A stretch of 64,000 nucleotides of DNA from Camelus ferus (Eukaryota), in contig NC_045697.1 in the NCBI RefSeq assembly GCF_009834535.1, positions 64,544,001 to 64,608,000 on the forward strand, written 5' to 3'. Shown piece by piece: positions 59,985 through 64,000 of the stretch. How positions within the stretch are numbered: the stretch's first letter is position 1; every line of letters starts with the position of its first letter. The notes beneath the pieces were generated by a model. It made no database searches, was not told the DNA's origin, and saw only the letters and a program-made list of their open reading frames with translations. Both the position numbers and the translations under genes were made by a program.

Positions 59985-60326
59985 TGTTGATCTGAAACAA
60001 ATAGACTGCCAGATATTTCTCCAGCAAAGAAAGGTTTTTCTAAGAATCAGCAGAGACTTGTATTTTAGGGTCTGCAACCATGGCAAGTCATGTGCAAGTC
60101 CCTGCATGACAAAGGAAGATTAACTCTTTTATACAGAGAAAAAGGACGTTGGGAAGACTACAGTACACTAGAGTCCATGGCTTTTCATTGACTGAGTCAT
60201 AGACAGGAAAGACACAGAGTCTTTTTTCTTGTTGGGCTCTACTATTGCTATAGGGCACGAGAGTTCCCCCTCTGGTCTACCAGCTCTACCTAATTGCGGT
60301 CTCTGTTTATTAATTTTTTTTTTACA
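59985..60326 (-). mobile_element. Probable short solo LTR
   Basis: TGTTGA...TTTACA termini around a ~340 bp block of higher GC than its AT-rich flanks. Family and orientation are tentative. Confidence 0.5.
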
Positions 60327-61388
60327 ATATCAAGATTTGTTAAGATAGGCCTGGAGATAACATGATCATAAATAATTTTAAGACATCCTTGATAATTCCA
60401 TTATATATAGTTGTAGATAAGGTATTAGATAAGGGAACAATCTGGTAAGATTAGAAAAAACTTTTGCTTACTTCATGGTGTAAGTGGCTCAAAAGGGAGT
60501 TCTTAAAGTATACAAAAGAAAAGCAGAGGGACCAGCACAAATAAAAACAGGCATGACAGGTTCAAGGAATGAATGATAAGCAGTTTAGGGTGGTTAGCGC
60601 ATAGGAAGCATATCAGTAAAGGTAAATATGTAGATGACTCTTAGAGCAATAATGAGCTTTTGTGCTATGTTTCTTGGAGAGGAGTAAGCAGTTACATTTA
60701 TATTGTACATATTGTACCTCACATGTTTGTACTGGATGTATTGTACTGAACTAATTATGGAGAATTAAGAAATAGAAAGAGAGCTCGAGATGAGTTAAGA
60801 AAAACTCAGATATGTAAGTGTCACAGACCTGGAAGTGGATGAGCTCACTTGGGCAGAGAATTGGAAAGATACAGAAACTCTTGGAGAACATCAATATTTT
60901 AGGAATTGCCTAAAGAAGAGGAACAGGGAAGGAGAAATGGAAAGAAAATTTGAGCATACTGGACTGGAAACTGAGAGTATACATTAACAGTACTTAATTG
61001 GTATTTAATAAACTCAATAGATTTTTGACTATGGTTATGTATGAATTAAACCAAAAGTGATAACTTTATGTTACTTACTAGATCTTTATGCAGTTTATTA
61101 CTCGTCATTTATTACCAATCAGTTTATTTCTGTTCCATCAAACACAAAGGTGGTTTATATAATGATGGACAGAGCCTTGTCAATTTCATTTGATAATTTG
61201 AAAAGTTACACCTTTTAGAATAAATATATAATGCCTTTCCTGTATATTTCTTGCTTTATATACTTGTATATCTCAAGTAATTGTAATTTCATATTTTGAA
61301 TTATAATTGTAGCATACATCTAAATACACAGAAAGCTTTGCATAGGTGATGTTTTCCTTTGTTGAAAAACGAGTAAATTTATTAAAAC

Positions 61389-61923
61389 TGAAGGGGAGGC
61401 AGAATTTATCACTTCAAAATATGCCTCTTTGGCATAAGGATTATTTTAAACTGGTTATTTTTAAGAAACAGCAGACATAGCTCTGAAAACTGAGTAGAAG
61501 TTACCCTTTTGTAGGACATTTACATGTATAATGACAATCTCCACTTGTGAGCATTTCTCCCTTACTGTATCAGGAAGAGGAGGATGACCAAATCTGAATC
61601 TCTGGAAATGCTTATCAAAGGAAAAGGCAAGTCTTACATCTGCGTAACAACCTTACCCTTTTTCACTCTGCTTTCCTGGGATTCTCCCATAAGTGGCCCC
61701 CTAACCCACAACATTTTTCTTTTGTATTTCGCTGAAAATGATATTTAAAGTGATACCCTGGGACAGTCTAAGCAGTTTTCTTGGATATCTCCCATGTATA
61801 TAGGAGGTATAGCTGTTATTAAACTTCTGTTTGTTTTTCTCCTGTTCACTTGTCTTTTATTTCAGGGGATATCTCAGCAAGAACCTAGAAGGGCAGAAAG
61901 AAAATTATTTTTCCTCCCCAACA
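61389..61923 (+). mobile_element. Solo LTR, MER34-like (ERV1)
   Basis: TG...CA termini (tgaaggggagg...cctccccaaca are roughly inverted). Contains caaaatatgcctctttggcataaggattatttt and an ATTAAA signal at ~61818. Confidence 0.8.
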
Positions 61924-62234
61924 AGTCATAAATGCAAAACATTGTAGTTAAATTCTAGTTAAAATCTTTTGTAATAGAGGCATGCTGATTTCCTAAGGGA
62001 CTAGTCTTAATTAACTATCAAAATTTTGAATTTTGAGATTTTTGTTTTTTGCTTTCTTTGTCCTTTTAGCATTCAATAGTCCCTCTTCCTTGAGTCCTCA
62101 CCAGCTTGCAGTGTTCTCAAATGCTTTCTGTTCTTTCCCTTACCAAATCTTACCAAATCATGCTTCCATCTAGTGATCAGAAAGTTTAGGACAGGTATAC
62201 TTAGACCTAAAATAATGAGATATAACTATGTAAA

Positions 62235-62445
62235 GTAATAACATAAGAGAAGTTTTGAGTCACACAAACCTAAGGTTAAATTCTGACTTTACACTTACTT
62301 GGCTATTTGACTTTTGGCAATAATTTAACTTTTCTGGGCTAGAATTTTTTCCTCTGTAAATCAAGTAATTAAACTTAGTTACAAAATATGTATGAAAAGC
62401 CCAGCAGAATGCCTGGCAGTTTGTAGTCAGTAATCATGTGTTAAT
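62235..62445 (+). mobile_element. MIR SINE
   Basis: tttgagtcacacaaacctaaggttaaattctgactt...gacttttggcaataatttaactt...cctctgtaaat...aaagcccagcagaatgcctggca. Confidence 0.7.
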
Positions 62446-63072
62446 TTACTCCCCCTCCTTCCTTTCAGAAGTTTGTGCATTTCAATAGAACTTGGCCCTT
62501 CAACACTAAGGAATGAATCTCTGCTTTTGCAGGTGAGAGTGATGTTTAGGGATGGGAAACCTTTCTACCACCTCTGAAATGACACATCTGCTCTGTTTGC
62601 TTGGGAGGCCAGCATGGTCTGTCTTGTTGCCAACTCAATGAAAGGCTTTAAAAGCTTGCCAAAATGTTTTCTCCTAGGCATTTTCCCTTAGGCTTCTAAT
62701 GCCAAGTGACTTTTTCAATGTGTGACCTTTGATATTGACTATTTTTGAAAAAATTCTTTATAGAAGGGTACCACAGGCAGCAAGCAACCCTGTGATTCTA
62801 AATCTCTTGCTAAGCAGATAATTCGCATCTATCTGAATTGTATTTCTTTTAAACTACCGTTAGTGGTGTGGTCTGGGCAGCCTAATTTCTCTCTGGACAT
62901 AAGAAAGAAATTCTATAAACACAGCAAATATTTTAAGACAGAAAGGGGGTAAAAGAAGAAAGATTTAATTAAGCTTAGAGCTTTACCTAGCTTTTCCTAA
63001 TGTTGTTTATAAGCAACAAATTGCCTCTGAATTTATACCTATACTGTTCCACAATTTTTATACTGGGTCCAG

Positions 63073-63675
63073 TGGTAGCCAGAGAGTAGGTTCTTGTCTC
63101 ATCGCAGAAAGATTTCGGAGTCAAGACATGGGGATTAAGAAAGTAAAGTGAGCATTTATTAAGTGATAGGATGATCTCAAGGGGAGGGTGGGCAGACTGA
63201 GGTGAGTAGGTGCTCTGAGTTTCTTTGTCAGGCGGGTCACATGGGGTGTAAAAATGAGTGCATGAAATAGTCATTGGGGAGGCAGGGAATTTGGGCCATA
63301 TTTCCTGATTTTCACCCCAGCTCTACCTTCCCAAGGGGAGGAGAGATTTTTGCCCTTATTTAGTCTTGATAAGAAGTCATAGCATTGGTGCATGATGCGT
63401 AATTCTTATCTGCAAGGTTAATTTTATTGTAATGAGAGCATAATGAGCGAAAGGTTACATTTGGACACAGAGAGTTTCCTGCCTTTTCCCACCTTTCTTT
63501 GTATTCCTCTAGGATCCTTTTCACCTCAAAATGTGTGGTTTGCTCTCAGTCTGGAGGTTCCTGCTTTTCTTGGTTTGCCTAAGGACGCTTGTTGTTTATA
63601 AGATGTATGGTTTCCTGCCATTTGGCCTGTGCCTCCCTTTCTCTGCTCATATCTAGCTTTCTGCCTGCTCTAACA
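63073..63675 (-). mobile_element. Solo ERV LTR, probably lineage-specific
   Basis: Termini TGGTAG...CTAACA (near-inverted), minus-strand AATAAA (~63155-63160), higher GC than the flanks, ~600 bp. A clean TSD was not resolved (only CAG on both sides). Confidence 0.7.
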
Positions 63676-64000
63676 CAGCCTCCCTTTTTAATCTCATACT
63701 GTTCCAAGAACTTGATTTAGGTAAACACACCTTACCTCTCCGTTTTCTGGGCTTTTATCCTTCACCTGGGATACACCCCTATTATGCCAAGTTCTCACTA
63801 TAAAATTATTTTCATTCCACTTTCAGGCAGTATGTCACCTTTACTCACTTACATATTCGTAAGTTCAAATAAACACAGACAGATAAACAAAAAAAAAGCT
63901 ATTATAGAGTATTATATGCCAGTTGCTGGGTTATAGACTAATAAATGAAATGTGGCTCTTTTTCTGAAAAAGGTCACAACTGCATACATACAAAAAATTA

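Overview
AT-rich mammalian genomic DNA, most likely camelid (camel, alpaca or llama), inferred from one tRNA-Ala-derived Vic-1-type SINE. The window holds the 5' end of GRID2 (glutamate receptor delta-2) on the + strand: a CpG-island promoter (~7370-9660), coding exon 1 (8289-8376, signal peptide [29 protein letters not shown]) and the first ~55 kb of a very long intron 1. No further GRID2 exon was recognised. The intron carries a full-length, disabled RPL9 processed pseudogene (- strand, with target-site duplication), many decayed L1, L2, MIR, LTR and Tigger-type repeats (several nested) and microsatellites. Gene and repeat names come from remembered sequences, not database searches, so subfamily names and decayed-repeat boundaries are approximate. 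I found no convincing novel biological system. The best leads are regulatory: two uORFs in the putative GRID2 leader, a recursive-splice-like motif at 62532/62533, a CTCF/YY1-like palindrome upstream, and a promoter-like motif cluster at the intronic end of the CpG island.
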